Shown here in pieces: positions 31,585-41,632 of a stretch of DNA of 64,000 bases. The stretch's first letter is position 1; each line of letters begins with the position of its first letter. This stretch comes from an uncultured delta proteobacterium. GTDB taxonomy: Bacteria; Desulfobacterota; RBG-13-43-22. The notes under the pieces were generated by a model. The model was not told where the DNA came from, did no database searches, and saw only the letters and a program-made list of their open reading frames with translations. The stretch is from positions 224,001 to 288,000 of the forward strand of contig CAWJJC010000020.1 in the NCBI GenBank assembly GCA_963843145.1, written 5' to 3'. The position numbers were made by a program, and so were the translations under genes.

Positions 31585-32313
31585 ATGGCTCTGCTTGAGG
31601 TTGAAGGAAAAACGGTCGAAGAGGCCATTGAAATCGCCTGCCGGGAACTCAAGGTTTCCCGGGATAAACTGGAAATAGAGGTCCTCTCGGCCGGATCCAC
31701 CGGCATTTTTGGTATTGTGGGCACCAAAAAGGCGAAAATCAAAGCCCTCCTGGTGGAAGAAAAGACCGAACCGGCTTTGGAGGAGGAATCCAGCCCCGTT
31801 GCTATCCCCGAACGGAGGGAGCAGGCCGACCTGGCCAGGGAGATGGAGACCATCGCCGGGAAAATCCTGGAGTTGATGGAACTGGAAGCTCAGGTGAAGG
31901 TGAAAACCGAGGGTAATACCATTACCCTTGTCGTGGAGGGCGAAAAGAGCGGCTTGTTGATCGGCCGCCAGGGCCAAACGATCGATGCCCTGCAATATAT
32001 TTTAAGCCGGATCCTTTCCCGCCTGACCCCGGATAAAATCAAACTGGTCCTGGACAGCGGCGGGTACCGGGAGCGGCGGAAAAAGTATTTATCCACCCTG
32101 GCCTTACGACTGGCCGAAAAATCCAAAAAAACCGGGAAACCGGTGGTGATGAGCCCCTTGAACGCCCACGACCGGAGGATCGTTCACGTGGCCCTGGAAA
32201 AAGATAAATCCCTGAAAACCATCAGTCGGGGTGAAGGGGCGATGAAGAAAATCATTATCTCCTCGACCAACAAAAAACCCCCGGCGGCGGAGACCCCTCC
32301 CCCGGAAGAATAG
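31585..32313 (+). CDS. jag: RNA-binding protein Jag/EloR (KhpB)
   Basis: Jag_N (GKTVEEAI), KH (LIGRQGQTIDALQ) and R3H (RRIVH) domains. Confidence 0.93.
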   Translation: MALLEVEGKTVEEAIEIACRELKVSRDKLEIEVLSAGSTGIFGIVGTKKAKIKALLVEEKTEPALEEESSPVAIPERREQADLAREMETIAGKILELMELEAQVKVKTEGNTITLVVEGEKSGLLIGRQGQTIDALQYILSRILSRLTPDKIKLVLDSGGYRERRKKYLSTLALRLAEKSKKTGKPVVMSPLNAHDRRIVHVALEKDKSLKTISRGEGAMKKIIISSTNKKPPAAETPPPEE

Positions 32314-32323
32314 TCAAAGGACA

Positions 32324-32375
32324 ACCTCGCAAGAAGTCGCCAGGACGGTCCTGGCGACTTTTTGCGAGACCATCA
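32324..32375. repeat. Short copy of MITE family C (palindromic)
   Basis: ACCTCGCAAGAAGTCGCCAGGAC-G-GTCCTGGCGACTTTTTGCGAGACCATCA has the same ends as 57412-57537. Confidence 0.75.
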
Positions 32376-32398
32376 ATACTGACTCCCCACCTAATTTA

Positions 32399-33781
32399 AT
32401 GGAGAATCGTGAAACCATCGCGGCCGTTTCCACACCCTTGGGGATCGGGGGGATTGGAATTATCCGTTTAAGCGGTCCCCGGGCCTGGTCCATCGCTCGA
32501 AAATTGTTTATTCCTCACCGGCCTGTTTCCAGAATAAAAACCCATCATCTGTACCTGGGTCGGATTTTAGACCCCGCCACCCACCAGTCTTTGGACGAGG
32601 TTTTCCTTAGCTACATGGCCGCTCCGAAGACCTATACCCGCGAAGACCTGGTGGAGATCAACTGTCACAGCGGTTCCCTGGTCCTGAAAAAGATCCTGAA
32701 TCTGGTCTTGAGCCAGGGAGCCCGTCTGGCCGAACCCGGCGAATTTACCCTTCGGGCCTTCCTGAACGGCCGCATCGATCTGACCCAGGCCGAAGGGGTC
32801 ATTGAACTGCTCCGGGCCCAAAGTGATCAGGCCCTTTTTCAGGCCAACAAGCTGCTGAAAGGTGAACTCCAGAAAACCATAGTCGCCATTCAAGACGAGC
32901 TGCTTTCTCTGCTGGCTCAACTGGAGGCCGCTATCGATTTCCCCGAAGAGGAATTGGAAATCATCAACCCTCAGGACTGGAAGCAACAACTGGCTCAACA
33001 GGTCATACAACCCCTGGAAATTTTAATTCAAGCCTACGAAGACGGACAAATCTTTCGGGAGGGGATTACCCTGGTCATCGTGGGTAAACCGAATGTGGGC
33101 AAGTCCAGCCTGCTCAACCGCCTCCTGCAGGAAGAACGGGCTATCGTTACCGCCGTTCCCGGGACTACCCGGGACACGATCGAGGAACCCCTGACGATCC
33201 AAGGCATACCCTTCCGACTGATTGATACGGCCGGAATCCATCAGGCCCGGGAAGAAGTCGAACAGGCCGGTATTGCCCGAAGCCGCCAAAAAATGAATGA
33301 GGCCCACCTGGTCCTGTTTATGTTGGATCGTTCCTCCCCCCTTGATGGAAAAGACCTGGACCTTTATGAGGAGATCAAGGACCGGCCGCATTTTATCCTC
33401 CTCAACAAAATGGATTTGCCCGCCGGGTTAAAGGAAGAGGAACTCTTCAGGACTTTCCCCGACGACCGACGACTGACCCTCTCCGCCAGGACCGGAGAAG
33501 GGTTGGAGGATTTGAAAAAACAGGTGGTGGTCTGGTTTCTCCAGGACCATCCCCTGGAAACCGCCCCGGCCCTGGTCCCTACCCTCCGTCAGAATATCAT
33601 TTTGGAGAAAACCCGGGAGGTCCTTCTTGAAGCGTACCGCGAAGTGAGCCAAAAGGTATCGGCGGAATTCATCGCCGTTCCCGTTCAGGAGGCCCTGAAC
33701 GAGTTGGGATCCCTGGTGGGCAAGACGACCAGCGAGGATGTATTGGAAAAAATTTTCAGCCGGTTCTGTGTTGGGAAGTGA
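32399..33781 (+). CDS. mnmE: tRNA modification GTPase MnmE
   Basis: GKPNVGKSS, GTTRD, DTAG, NKMD, FSRFCVGK. Confidence 0.96.
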   Translation: MENRETIAAVSTPLGIGGIGIIRLSGPRAWSIARKLFIPHRPVSRIKTHHLYLGRILDPATHQSLDEVFLSYMAAPKTYTREDLVEINCHSGSLVLKKILNLVLSQGARLAEPGEFTLRAFLNGRIDLTQAEGVIELLRAQSDQALFQANKLLKGELQKTIVAIQDELLSLLAQLEAAIDFPEEELEIINPQDWKQQLAQQVIQPLEILIQAYEDGQIFREGITLVIVGKPNVGKSSLLNRLLQEERAIVTAVPGTTRDTIEEPLTIQGIPFRLIDTAGIHQAREEVEQAGIARSRQKMNEAHLVLFMLDRSSPLDGKDLDLYEEIKDRPHFILLNKMDLPAGLKEEELFRTFPDDRRLTLSARTGEGLEDLKKQVVVWFLQDHPLETAPALVPTLRQNIILEKTREVLLEAYREVSQKVSAEFIAVPVQEALNELGSLVGKTTSEDVLEKIFSRFCVGK

Positions 33782-33938
33782 ATCAGAAAGCTGTTTACAT
33801 AAAGGAACGTCCAACATTGGATGTTCGACGTTCAACTTTTCAGTAACCCTTTCGCGGTCCATCCAACGCAAAAATAACTTACCGTTTTTTTGGGGGGGGT
33901 GAGAGGGTTCTCGGTAGGTAGCGGCTATTTTTTTACCA

Positions 33939-34646
33939 ATGAATAAACCACCAAACAAAAAATTGGACCGGAATCTCGATCCGACGGAAGCCCGCACTCT
34001 TCTGGAGCTCGGTACCCGGGCACTGGACCTGAACCTCGTCCCGGGACAGATAAACCAGTTCCTGGCCTACCTGGATCTGCTGCTCAAATGGAACCAGAAA
34101 ATGAACCTGACCGCCCTTCGGGCGCCGCGGGAAATCATCATTCACCATTTCCTGGATTCTCTTCTCCTCTTGCCCTATTTGCCGGATACCGGGTACCTGC
34201 TGGACCTGGGTTCCGGCGCCGGTTTCCCCGGGATCCCGCTGAAGATCGTCCGCCCCGGCCTGACCGTCGATTTAGCGGAGGCCACCGCCAAAAAAGTCAG
34301 TTTTTTGAAGGAAGCCCTCCGTCGCCTGGGATTGTCCGCTATGAACGTCATTCCCGTCTATCTGGGGAAAGAACCGGTGTCTCTCCCGCTGGAAGTATCC
34401 TGGGACTTCTTTGTCAGTCGGGGAGTGAAATTGGAGGCCGTCCTGAGGGCGGTAAACCCTTTTTGGGGTCCGGCACAGCGCCTGCTGCTGATGAAGGGAC
34501 CGAACTGGCGCGAAGAAATTGAAAGACTTCAAGCATCGCTCAAAAAACAGCAGGTAGGGGTGGAAAGGACCATCCCTTTAGCAAACCCCTTGTCCGCAAA
34601 ACGATGGGTGCTGGTGATTTTAGGTAAGACCGGCCGGCCTGGGTAA
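33939..34646 (+). CDS. rsmG: 16S rRNA m7G527 methyltransferase
   Basis: WNQKMNLT, HFLDSL, DLGSGAGFPGIPL, SRG, MKG. Confidence 0.92.
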   Translation: MNKPPNKKLDRNLDPTEARTLLELGTRALDLNLVPGQINQFLAYLDLLLKWNQKMNLTALRAPREIIIHHFLDSLLLLPYLPDTGYLLDLGSGAGFPGIPLKIVRPGLTVDLAEATAKKVSFLKEALRRLGLSAMNVIPVYLGKEPVSLPLEVSWDFFVSRGVKLEAVLRAVNPFWGPAQRLLLMKGPNWREEIERLQASLKKQQVGVERTIPLANPLSAKRWVLVILGKTGRPG

Positions 34647-34805
34647 TTCACGATGTCCATTGATCGTTCGTCGGGGTTTTAAAAGAACATGGCCGTCGAT
34701 CAATCCAAGGCCTCGAAGATTTTTTTTGCCGGTTGTCCCTTGATCAGCAGATGACCGGAGAAGTCATATAGCTCTTTTATTTAACATTCGAAAGGGGATA
34801 ATGTC

Positions 34806-36599
34806 ATGTCTAAACCAATAGGCGACGGGAAAAATAGGGTAAAACCGGTCGCGGAACGTCCGGTTGAAAACAGCAGGGGAACTAAATCATCGATACCGGT
34901 GGCCGGCGGAAGCGCCGGGAAGCCGGCGACAGCGTCGCCTGCTTCAGGGAGGAAATCCAAAAAGGAGATTATGATTCGGCTTCCTCTTGGTATTGCGGTA
35001 TTACGGGATCCGGCCTTTAATAAAGGCTCGGCCTTCAGCGAAGCGGAGCGGGATGCCTTAGGCATTCGTGGCCTGTTGCCGCCCCGGATCCAAACCATAG
35101 AGGGTCAGCTTATCCGGGTTCTCGGAAACGTGAGGAGAAAGCCCACCAACCTTGATCGGTATATCTTTCTCGCGGGCCTTCAAGACCGGAACATGACCCT
35201 GTTTTACCGACTGATTCTGGAGAATATTGAAGAGCTGATGCCCATTGTCTACACCCCTACGGTCGGACAGGCCTGCCTGGAATACAGCTATATTATGCGA
35301 AGACCTCATGGTGTGTTCATTACAGCGAACGACCGGGGGAACATCGTTGGTCTGCTACGGCACGCACGCATCCAAGATATTCGTATCATTGTAGTAACCG
35401 ATGGGGAGCGCATCCTCGGCCTGGGAGACATCGGGGCGCACGGCATGGGCATCCCCTCAGGGAAGCTCTCCCTCTATACCGCCTGCGGAGGGATTCATCC
35501 CTTTCACGGTCTTCCGGTGACCATTGATGTGGGCACGGAAAACGAAGACCTGCTCAATGATCCGCTCTATATCGGCCTCAGACAGCGACGGCTACGTGGA
35601 GCGCCGTATAATGAGCTGATCGACGAGTTTATTGTCGCGGCGCAGGAGATGTTTCCCGGCGTTCTCATCCAGTTTGAGGATTTTGCCAACCACAATGCCT
35701 TTCGCCTCTTGCAGAAATATCAGAACCGGATTTGCTGCTTCAATGACGACATTCAGGGAACGGCTTCCGTAACGCTGGCCGGGATTTATGCCGCCACGCA
35801 CATCACCGGAGGAAAGCTCAAAGATCAGAAGATCCTCTTTCTTGGCGCGGGTGAGGCGGGAATCGGAACCAGCAATCTGATGGTTACGGCCATGGTGGAT
35901 GAGGGGCTTACCGAAGAAGAGGCCCGGGAGCGATGCTGGTTTGTAGATTCCAAGGGCCTGGTCGTGAAGTCCCGTACCGACCTGCGCGGGGGCAAACTCT
36001 CCTATGCCCATGATTATGAGTTCATCCCGGACTTTCTCGGGTGCGTTGAAGCCCTCAAGCCCACGGCTATCATCGGGGTCTCAGGAAAGCCCGGCATGTT
36101 CACGCAACCAGTGCTGGAAGCCATGGCCAGGATCAACGAAAGGCCCATCGTCTTCTCCCTTTCCAATCCGACTTCCAAAACCGAGTGCACGGCGCACGAC
36201 GCCTACACTTGGACGAAAGGCCGCGCCATCTTTGCCAGCGGCAGCCCCTTTGATCCGGTCACGGTCAACAACCAAACATTTGTTCCTGCTCAAGGGAATA
36301 ACGTTTACATCTTTCCAGGTGTGGGGTTGGGTGTCATCGCCTCCGCTGCCGCGCACGTCACGGACGAAATGTTCCTGGTTGCCGCCCGGACCCTGGCACG
36401 ACACGTGTCTTACGCTGATCTGGCCCAGGGAAGTCTCTACCCTCCTTTGCCCAAGATCCGGGACGTCTCCACAGCGATCGCCGTCGAGGTGGCCGAAACG
36501 GCATACCAGCGAGGGCTGGCGCGCGGGCCGCGACCTGACGATTTGGCGTCCTATGTCAAGTCACTCATGTATTATCCGGAATACCAGCGTTTTGCCTGA
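34806..36599 (+). CDS. maeA: NAD(P)-dependent malic enzyme (large MaeA/SfcA type)
   Basis: FNKGSAF, VYTPTVG, TDGERILGLGD, FNDDIQGT, GAGEAG, LSNPT, NNVYIFPG; start may be further downstream. Confidence 0.93.
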   Translation: MSKPIGDGKNRVKPVAERPVENSRGTKSSIPVAGGSAGKPATASPASGRKSKKEIMIRLPLGIAVLRDPAFNKGSAFSEAERDALGIRGLLPPRIQTIEGQLIRVLGNVRRKPTNLDRYIFLAGLQDRNMTLFYRLILENIEELMPIVYTPTVGQACLEYSYIMRRPHGVFITANDRGNIVGLLRHARIQDIRIIVVTDGERILGLGDIGAHGMGIPSGKLSLYTACGGIHPFHGLPVTIDVGTENEDLLNDPLYIGLRQRRLRGAPYNELIDEFIVAAQEMFPGVLIQFEDFANHNAFRLLQKYQNRICCFNDDIQGTASVTLAGIYAATHITGGKLKDQKILFLGAGEAGIGTSNLMVTAMVDEGLTEEEARERCWFVDSKGLVVKSRTDLRGGKLSYAHDYEFIPDFLGCVEALKPTAIIGVSGKPGMFTQPVLEAMARINERPIVFSLSNPTSKTECTAHDAYTWTKGRAIFASGSPFDPVTVNNQTFVPAQGNNVYIFPGVGLGVIASAAAHVTDEMFLVAARTLARHVSYADLAQGSLYPPLPKIRDVSTAIAVEVAETAYQRGLARGPRPDDLASYVKSLMYYPEYQRFA

Positions 36600-36657
36600 C
36601 ACTCCGGCTTCAGTCTTCTTCGGAATCGAATGGACCGGAAACAAGGGCATCGCTTTC

Positions 36658-37413
36658 TCAAGATAAATCTCCTTCCACTTTTCCTTCCGGCCGGGTCGCC
36701 TCCTTTTCTTGCCGGTGTTTCTCAAGGGCTTTCCAGTGGTGATGGTCTCGATGCCGGCGGATAGCGGCCTCCAGCCTGGGGCGCAGGAAAAAAGCCCCCC
36801 CCAGAAGCAAAAGGGAGATCCCGATCATGATCCCCAGGGCCAGGTAATTTTTTTCCCGGGCCAGATGACCCTGGAAGCTCAAGAAAGCCGTTCCCAAAAA
36901 TCGCCCGGCCGTGGAGATAATCAAAAAGGTTTTTAAATCCATATGGCCCAGCCCCAGGAGGTAACAGAGATAATCTTTGGGAAATCCGGGAATTAAAAAA
37001 AGGAGAAAGGCGATCCAGGTCCCCTTGTGGGCCATCAGATAATCATAGCGCTCCATGGTTTTAGGTTTGATGATTCGTTCGACCAGCGGGCGGCCGACCC
37101 AGCGGGCAAAAATAAAGGCCAGCCAGGAACCTATGCCCAGCCCGATGGTGGAATACAGGAGTCCGAAAAAGTTACCGTAGATGAACCCGCCCAGAAACCC
37201 GGTAACCTCTCCGGGAATGGGGGCGAAAAGGACTTGAAAAACTTGAAGACCAATGAAGATGAGCGGGGAGACACTCCCGAAAGATTTAATAAAGCGGGCT
37301 AACCGCTGGCGGTCAAAAAAAAAGGAATAGAATTCGCTCTGGTTAACGATCAAGTAGAGCAGGATGGAAAAAAGGACCAGCAGTCCCAGGCTGATTCCGA
37401 TGGTCTTCTTCAT
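36658..37413 (-). CDS. TVP38/TMEM64 (DedA/VTT) membrane protein
   Basis: QVLFAPIPGE, LFLIPGFPKDYLCY. Confidence 0.9.
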   Translation of the reverse strand: MKKTIGISLGLLVLFSILLYLIVNQSEFYSFFFDRQRLARFIKSFGSVSPLIFIGLQVFQVLFAPIPGEVTGFLGGFIYGNFFGLLYSTIGLGIGSWLAFIFARWVGRPLVERIIKPKTMERYDYLMAHKGTWIAFLLFLIPGFPKDYLCYLLGLGHMDLKTFLIISTAGRFLGTAFLSFQGHLAREKNYLALGIMIGISLLLLGGAFFLRPRLEAAIRRHRDHHHWKALEKHRQEKEATRPEGKVEGDLS

Positions 37414-39371
37414 TTTCGGGGAAGTTGTTGGACGATGAGCTGATGGAGTTCGGCCAACTCCTCCAGGAGGGTGGCGGCCAGGGAGGATTGTTCCTGGTGA
37501 GCTTGAACCAGCGGCCCATACTGTTGATAAACCTGCCTGGCCTGACCGGCCAACCCATCCACCAGTTGTTTTTGTTCTTCCAGGGTCTGGTTCATCCTTT
37601 TAGCCGTACCATCGATTTTTCCGGCCGCCTCCTGCAGGCGGATCTGCCGCCGGCCTTGGGTCGGCAGGAGGCGTTCCAAATTCTCCCAGAAGGCCCGCAA
37701 GCCCTCCATCTCTTTCACCAGTTGTTCTCCCTTGGTTCCCTGGATTAATAATTCATGACCCTGAGAATCGATGAATTCCCTCATCTCTTCCAATTGATTC
37801 GAAAGGGTCCGAAAGCCCCCCAGCCCGGACTCCTGAAAGATCTTCCGGAGGGGCCTGATCTGTGACCAGACGTTTTGCAGGTTTTGATTCAATTCCCGCA
37901 GTTGGATCCCCTGAAATTCGGCCAGCTTTTGCAGCCGTCGGGCAATCGAAGGACTGGTCGAGGAGGCCCGAGGGAGCGAACCCGCCGTCCAAGTCTGATC
38001 CTGAAACAGAACCATCAAACCCTGGCCTTGGGTCAAGATCCGCGTCAGGTCATCCAGCATTTTTTCGCCGAGACCTTTCTGTTCCGCCAGCCCCCTTTTC
38101 CATTGATCGATGGCCGGCCAGGCCGATTCCAGAGCCGCCAACAGGTTACTCCATTCTTGCAGTGAGGACTCCCAGGGTGGATTTTTCTCCGTTTTCAGGC
38201 TTTGATCGGCAGCCGCAACGGCCTCGGTCGGCGGTGAAACAGCAGGGACTTTCCGGCCTTCCGCCAGGGGAACAAGAATTTGATTCACCTGTCCGCTGAG
38301 ACCGCGAATTTCTTCCATCACCTTGATCAGGTCCTCTGGTGTTTTCCCCTTGTGAAAGGCATTGAGCGAGGCCTTTAAGGCCAAAAGGGTAATCTTTTCA
38401 TTCAAGGCCAGCAGGGATTCCCAAGGACCGTGCGAATCCGAATCCCCACCGGACCTGGTTCCCATTGAACCGGAGGTTTCCTCTCGCCGCTTCAGGTTTT
38501 GTTTAAGCTCCTCCAGGGTTCGCCGGCCAGGAGCTATCGCTGCGGCCACCTGATCCCATTGCCCCCCCCCCGGTCCGGAGTTCAGGGCTCGGAGTCCCTG
38601 ATGCATTCGAGACAAGTCCTGCGCAGTTTCCTGAGCGGCCTCGGAAAGATTTTGGAGATAAGCCGATACCCGCTTATAAAACCCATCCCGATTTTCAGCG
38701 TTTCCGGTCTCCGGGGAATGGCTCCGCCCCAACTCCCCCAGCAGACGGGCCAGGTCTTCTTGGGTCTTGAGGAGTTCCTTTAACTGTTCCTGGTGATGGT
38801 CTCCGAAAAAAAACCCGGGGTTCATCTGTTCCAGGACCGCCAGCAACTCCTGATCCTTATTTTCCATCGTCCGGACCGCCTCCTGGACAGTCCCGGACAG
38901 CGACTCCTGCCGACGTTTTAGATTTTGGGTGCGGGCCGCTATTTCCCTGGTCAACCCGGTCACCCGGGTCAGGATCGCTTTTCTCCCCTGGAGCGTATCT
39001 TCCACGGCCAGCCTCAGGGCATTGATCTCCTCCGTCAGATCTTTCAAAGCCCCGTAGGAGCTGGCCAGTTGGCGTTCCTGTCCGGCCAGGGCATCGGCCT
39101 GGCCGTCCAATTCGGACAACGATCGGGCCAGGTCTTCCGCCACCCGGGAAAACCCCCTTACCCGGCGCGCGGACTCCGGAAAAATCCCCGGGTCCTCCGG
39201 GGGCCCCGTTTCCAGCGCTTTCCGAAAACTTCCGGGAAGGCTGTTTCCCAGCCAAAGTTCGACGAACCCCCGCAGGGCGACGGCTTGCCGAACCAGCTCA
39301 TCGGCACGAAGCCGGAGGGTGGCCAGTCTTTTCTCAAAACCATCCTGGAAAGGAAACCGCGGGTCTTCCAT
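37410..39371 (-). CDS. Cytoplasmic coiled-coil protein with degenerate MCP signalling hairpin
   Basis: NEKITLLALKASLNAFHKGK..VMEEIRGLS resembles the MCP tip QTNLLALNAAIEAARAG..VAEEVRKLA; no TM segments. Confidence 0.6.
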   Translation of the reverse strand: MEDPRFPFQDGFEKRLATLRLRADELVRQAVALRGFVELWLGNSLPGSFRKALETGPPEDPGIFPESARRVRGFSRVAEDLARSLSELDGQADALAGQERQLASSYGALKDLTEEINALRLAVEDTLQGRKAILTRVTGLTREIAARTQNLKRRQESLSGTVQEAVRTMENKDQELLAVLEQMNPGFFFGDHHQEQLKELLKTQEDLARLLGELGRSHSPETGNAENRDGFYKRVSAYLQNLSEAAQETAQDLSRMHQGLRALNSGPGGGQWDQVAAAIAPGRRTLEELKQNLKRREETSGSMGTRSGGDSDSHGPWESLLALNEKITLLALKASLNAFHKGKTPEDLIKVMEEIRGLSGQVNQILVPLAEGRKVPAVSPPTEAVAAADQSLKTEKNPPWESSLQEWSNLLAALESAWPAIDQWKRGLAEQKGLGEKMLDDLTRILTQGQGLMVLFQDQTWTAGSLPRASSTSPSIARRLQKLAEFQGIQLRELNQNLQNVWSQIRPLRKIFQESGLGGFRTLSNQLEEMREFIDSQGHELLIQGTKGEQLVKEMEGLRAFWENLERLLPTQGRRQIRLQEAAGKIDGTAKRMNQTLEEQKQLVDGLAGQARQVYQQYGPLVQAHQEQSSLAATLLEELAELHQLIVQQLPRK

Positions 39372-39387
39372 AGCTGCTCCTTCATCC

Positions 39388-40563
39388 TCACTTCAGGCAA
39401 GCGATGATTTTTTCCACATCCCACACATAGAGAAATCGATCTTTTACTTGGATCAACCGATCCCGAAAAGGTTTCCGGCTTAGCGCCGGGTCGGAGGGCA
39501 GCGGATAGCCATCGGCAGCGGCGGAAGTCGTCAACTCACGAACCGCATCGACCAGCAACCCGGCGGCCACCCCTTTGGTCTCCACCAGGATCAAGCGCCC
39601 GGTTTCACCGGGAGGCACTTTTTCCAACTTTCCCCAACGCCTTAAATCGATTATCGGTACCCGACGCTGATTGATGTCGGACAGCCCCACGAGGGGTTGA
39701 TACTCCCGGGGCAATTGGATCAGAGGGGCTTGATCTTCGACGCTCAAGACCTGATCCGCGGGAAGGGCGTAGAGTTCCTTTTGGATTTCAAAAAGGAGAT
39801 AATAGGCGGCCGCCTCTGGAAAAGGCCCCAAAACCTTCCGGACTTTAAAAGTCGGATCCTGTTGGCCGGGACCGCTATCTTTTTCCTCCCCCTCCAGACA
39901 GTGCTGAAGGGAAAGATAATGAGCCTCAAGGGTCGTCAGGTCTTCCCGCAGCTTCTCTATGATTTCAGAAATGCTCTGAACCGCGGGTGGCCGGTCGGCC
40001 GTTCCCGAAGCTGATTTGGATGGCTCAAAAAGAGGGGATTCCCTCTTCATTCTGCGCGGTTCGGAGGGTCCTTCCGCGGGCCGGGCGGATTCGGGTTCCC
40101 CGGACCATAATCCTCCGGGCGAAGGCTTATCAACGGGGGGAATGAAATCCTTCCCGTCTCGACCACCCGGTGAATTCGGTTGATGCGGTTTCTTTGACTC
40201 TTCCTGGACTATTAGGTAGTCGATTAATGAAAAAATTTTCTGCCCGAACTCCGACTTGGAGATAAACCCTTCGGCGCCCGCTTCCTTAGCGGCCAGACGG
40301 TATTCGGGGTAATCCTGGGGGCTGAGCATTATAACCTTGGGCGGGTTTGGCTGTTCGCTGATCCGCCGGCTGACATCCAAACCGTTTACACCGGACAGGC
40401 TCCAATTTATCAATACCAGTTCCGGACACAGCGCCTGGGTCCGATCAACCGCTTCCTCTCCGGAACTGGCGTATCCGACGACTTCCAGGTGAGGAGCCAG
40501 CGCAAGAAGACGTTCGGCCGCCGTCAGGAATTCCGGATTGTCGTCCACCAGGAGAACGCGCAT
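39388..40563 (-). CDS. Receiver (REC)-linker-CheW domain protein
   Basis: N-terminal REC (VLLVDD, GFISK) with Asn at the phospho-Asp position; C-terminal CheW (VPIIDL, GLLVDAV). Confidence 0.75.
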   Translation of the reverse strand: MRVLLVDDNPEFLTAAERLLALAPHLEVVGYASSGEEAVDRTQALCPELVLINWSLSGVNGLDVSRRISEQPNPPKVIMLSPQDYPEYRLAAKEAGAEGFISKSEFGQKIFSLIDYLIVQEESKKPHQPNSPGGRDGKDFIPPVDKPSPGGLWSGEPESARPAEGPSEPRRMKRESPLFEPSKSASGTADRPPAVQSISEIIEKLREDLTTLEAHYLSLQHCLEGEEKDSGPGQQDPTFKVRKVLGPFPEAAAYYLLFEIQKELYALPADQVLSVEDQAPLIQLPREYQPLVGLSDINQRRVPIIDLRRWGKLEKVPPGETGRLILVETKGVAAGLLVDAVRELTTSAAADGYPLPSDPALSRKPFRDRLIQVKDRFLYVWDVEKIIACLK

Positions 40564-40756
40564 GGATTAATGGACCCTATCTAACCCGAAAAATTTAGAA
40601 AAGATTTTTCCCGCAGACAACTGAGGGTGCGGGATAACCCCTATCCGTGAATCCCCGTTCCCGTCAGCTCAGCCCGCATTAAACCCCAAATAACAATAAA
40701 AAACAATCCCATAGTTGTCTGGACCGGGTGCAAAGGATAAAAATCAATCTCTTTGG

Positions 40757-41629
40757 TTAGGCCCGGCGATAAAGACCGGCCGACTGGATGACCTCCCCGG
40801 AGCGAACCAGGCGTTCCAGTTGCTTTTCCAAATGGATCTGTTCAAACCAGCGGATCAGAAATTGAGGTTCCGGGTAATGGGGATAGAAAAAGTTTTTGCC
40901 CAAAAAAAAATCCAGGGGGTGTGGTTCGGATAATTCCTGCAGCAACAGCCGGTCCCGTTGGTAAATCACCTCTTCAAAAGCCAAAAGACGTTCCGCCGAT
41001 TGATCGAAAAAGGGACCGGCGTGCCCGGTGGCCAGCCGTTTGGCCGGCACCTTTCTCAAGGAGCGGATGGACTGAATAAAACCATCGATATCGGCAAAAT
41101 CATGCCCGTAAAAGGGGCCGAAGGGGGTTAAATCAATATCAGCGGTAAAAAGAAACTCGGCCTCGGGGACAAAAAAAGCCAGATGTCCGGGGGTGTGCCC
41201 GGGGGTGGGCAACATCTCCAAAGTCAGCCCGCCCAGGTCCAATTGCTCCCTGGTTTCGATTTTTTTTTGGACCTTGATTAAGGGTACCTCGATGCCCGGG
41301 AAGATCTTCTCCAGATTGAAGCCTCCGCGGTCGAAACCGACCGCTTTCCGAAAATAGGGAAGATCTTCCAGATAAGAAGCTTCCTTTTCATGGGCCCAGA
41401 CCGGGACCTCGGGGATCGAGGCCGCGGAAAGGCGGTGGTCAATATGGCAGTGGCTTAGAATCAGTAAGTCCAGTCCTTCCCGACGGCAGGCTCGAACGGC
41501 CGACTTCCCCATACCGGCATCGATCAGGACCCGCAGCTTCTTACCCCGCAAATAAAGACCGTTGCAATAGGGAAAGCGGGCCCTGTTTTTCCCGGGGATT
41601 AAAAAAACGCGTCGACAAAGTTCGATCAT
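40757..41629 (-). CDS. MBL-fold metallo-hydrolase
   Basis: SHCHIDH, TPGHTPGH, ADID, TGH. Confidence 0.88.
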   Translation of the reverse strand: MIELCRRVFLIPGKNRARFPYCNGLYLRGKKLRVLIDAGMGKSAVRACRREGLDLLILSHCHIDHRLSAASIPEVPVWAHEKEASYLEDLPYFRKAVGFDRGGFNLEKIFPGIEVPLIKVQKKIETREQLDLGGLTLEMLPTPGHTPGHLAFFVPEAEFLFTADIDLTPFGPFYGHDFADIDGFIQSIRSLRKVPAKRLATGHAGPFFDQSAERLLAFEEVIYQRDRLLLQELSEPHPLDFFLGKNFFYPHYPEPQFLIRWFEQIHLEKQLERLVRSGEVIQSAGLYRRA

Positions 41630-41632
41630 CTA

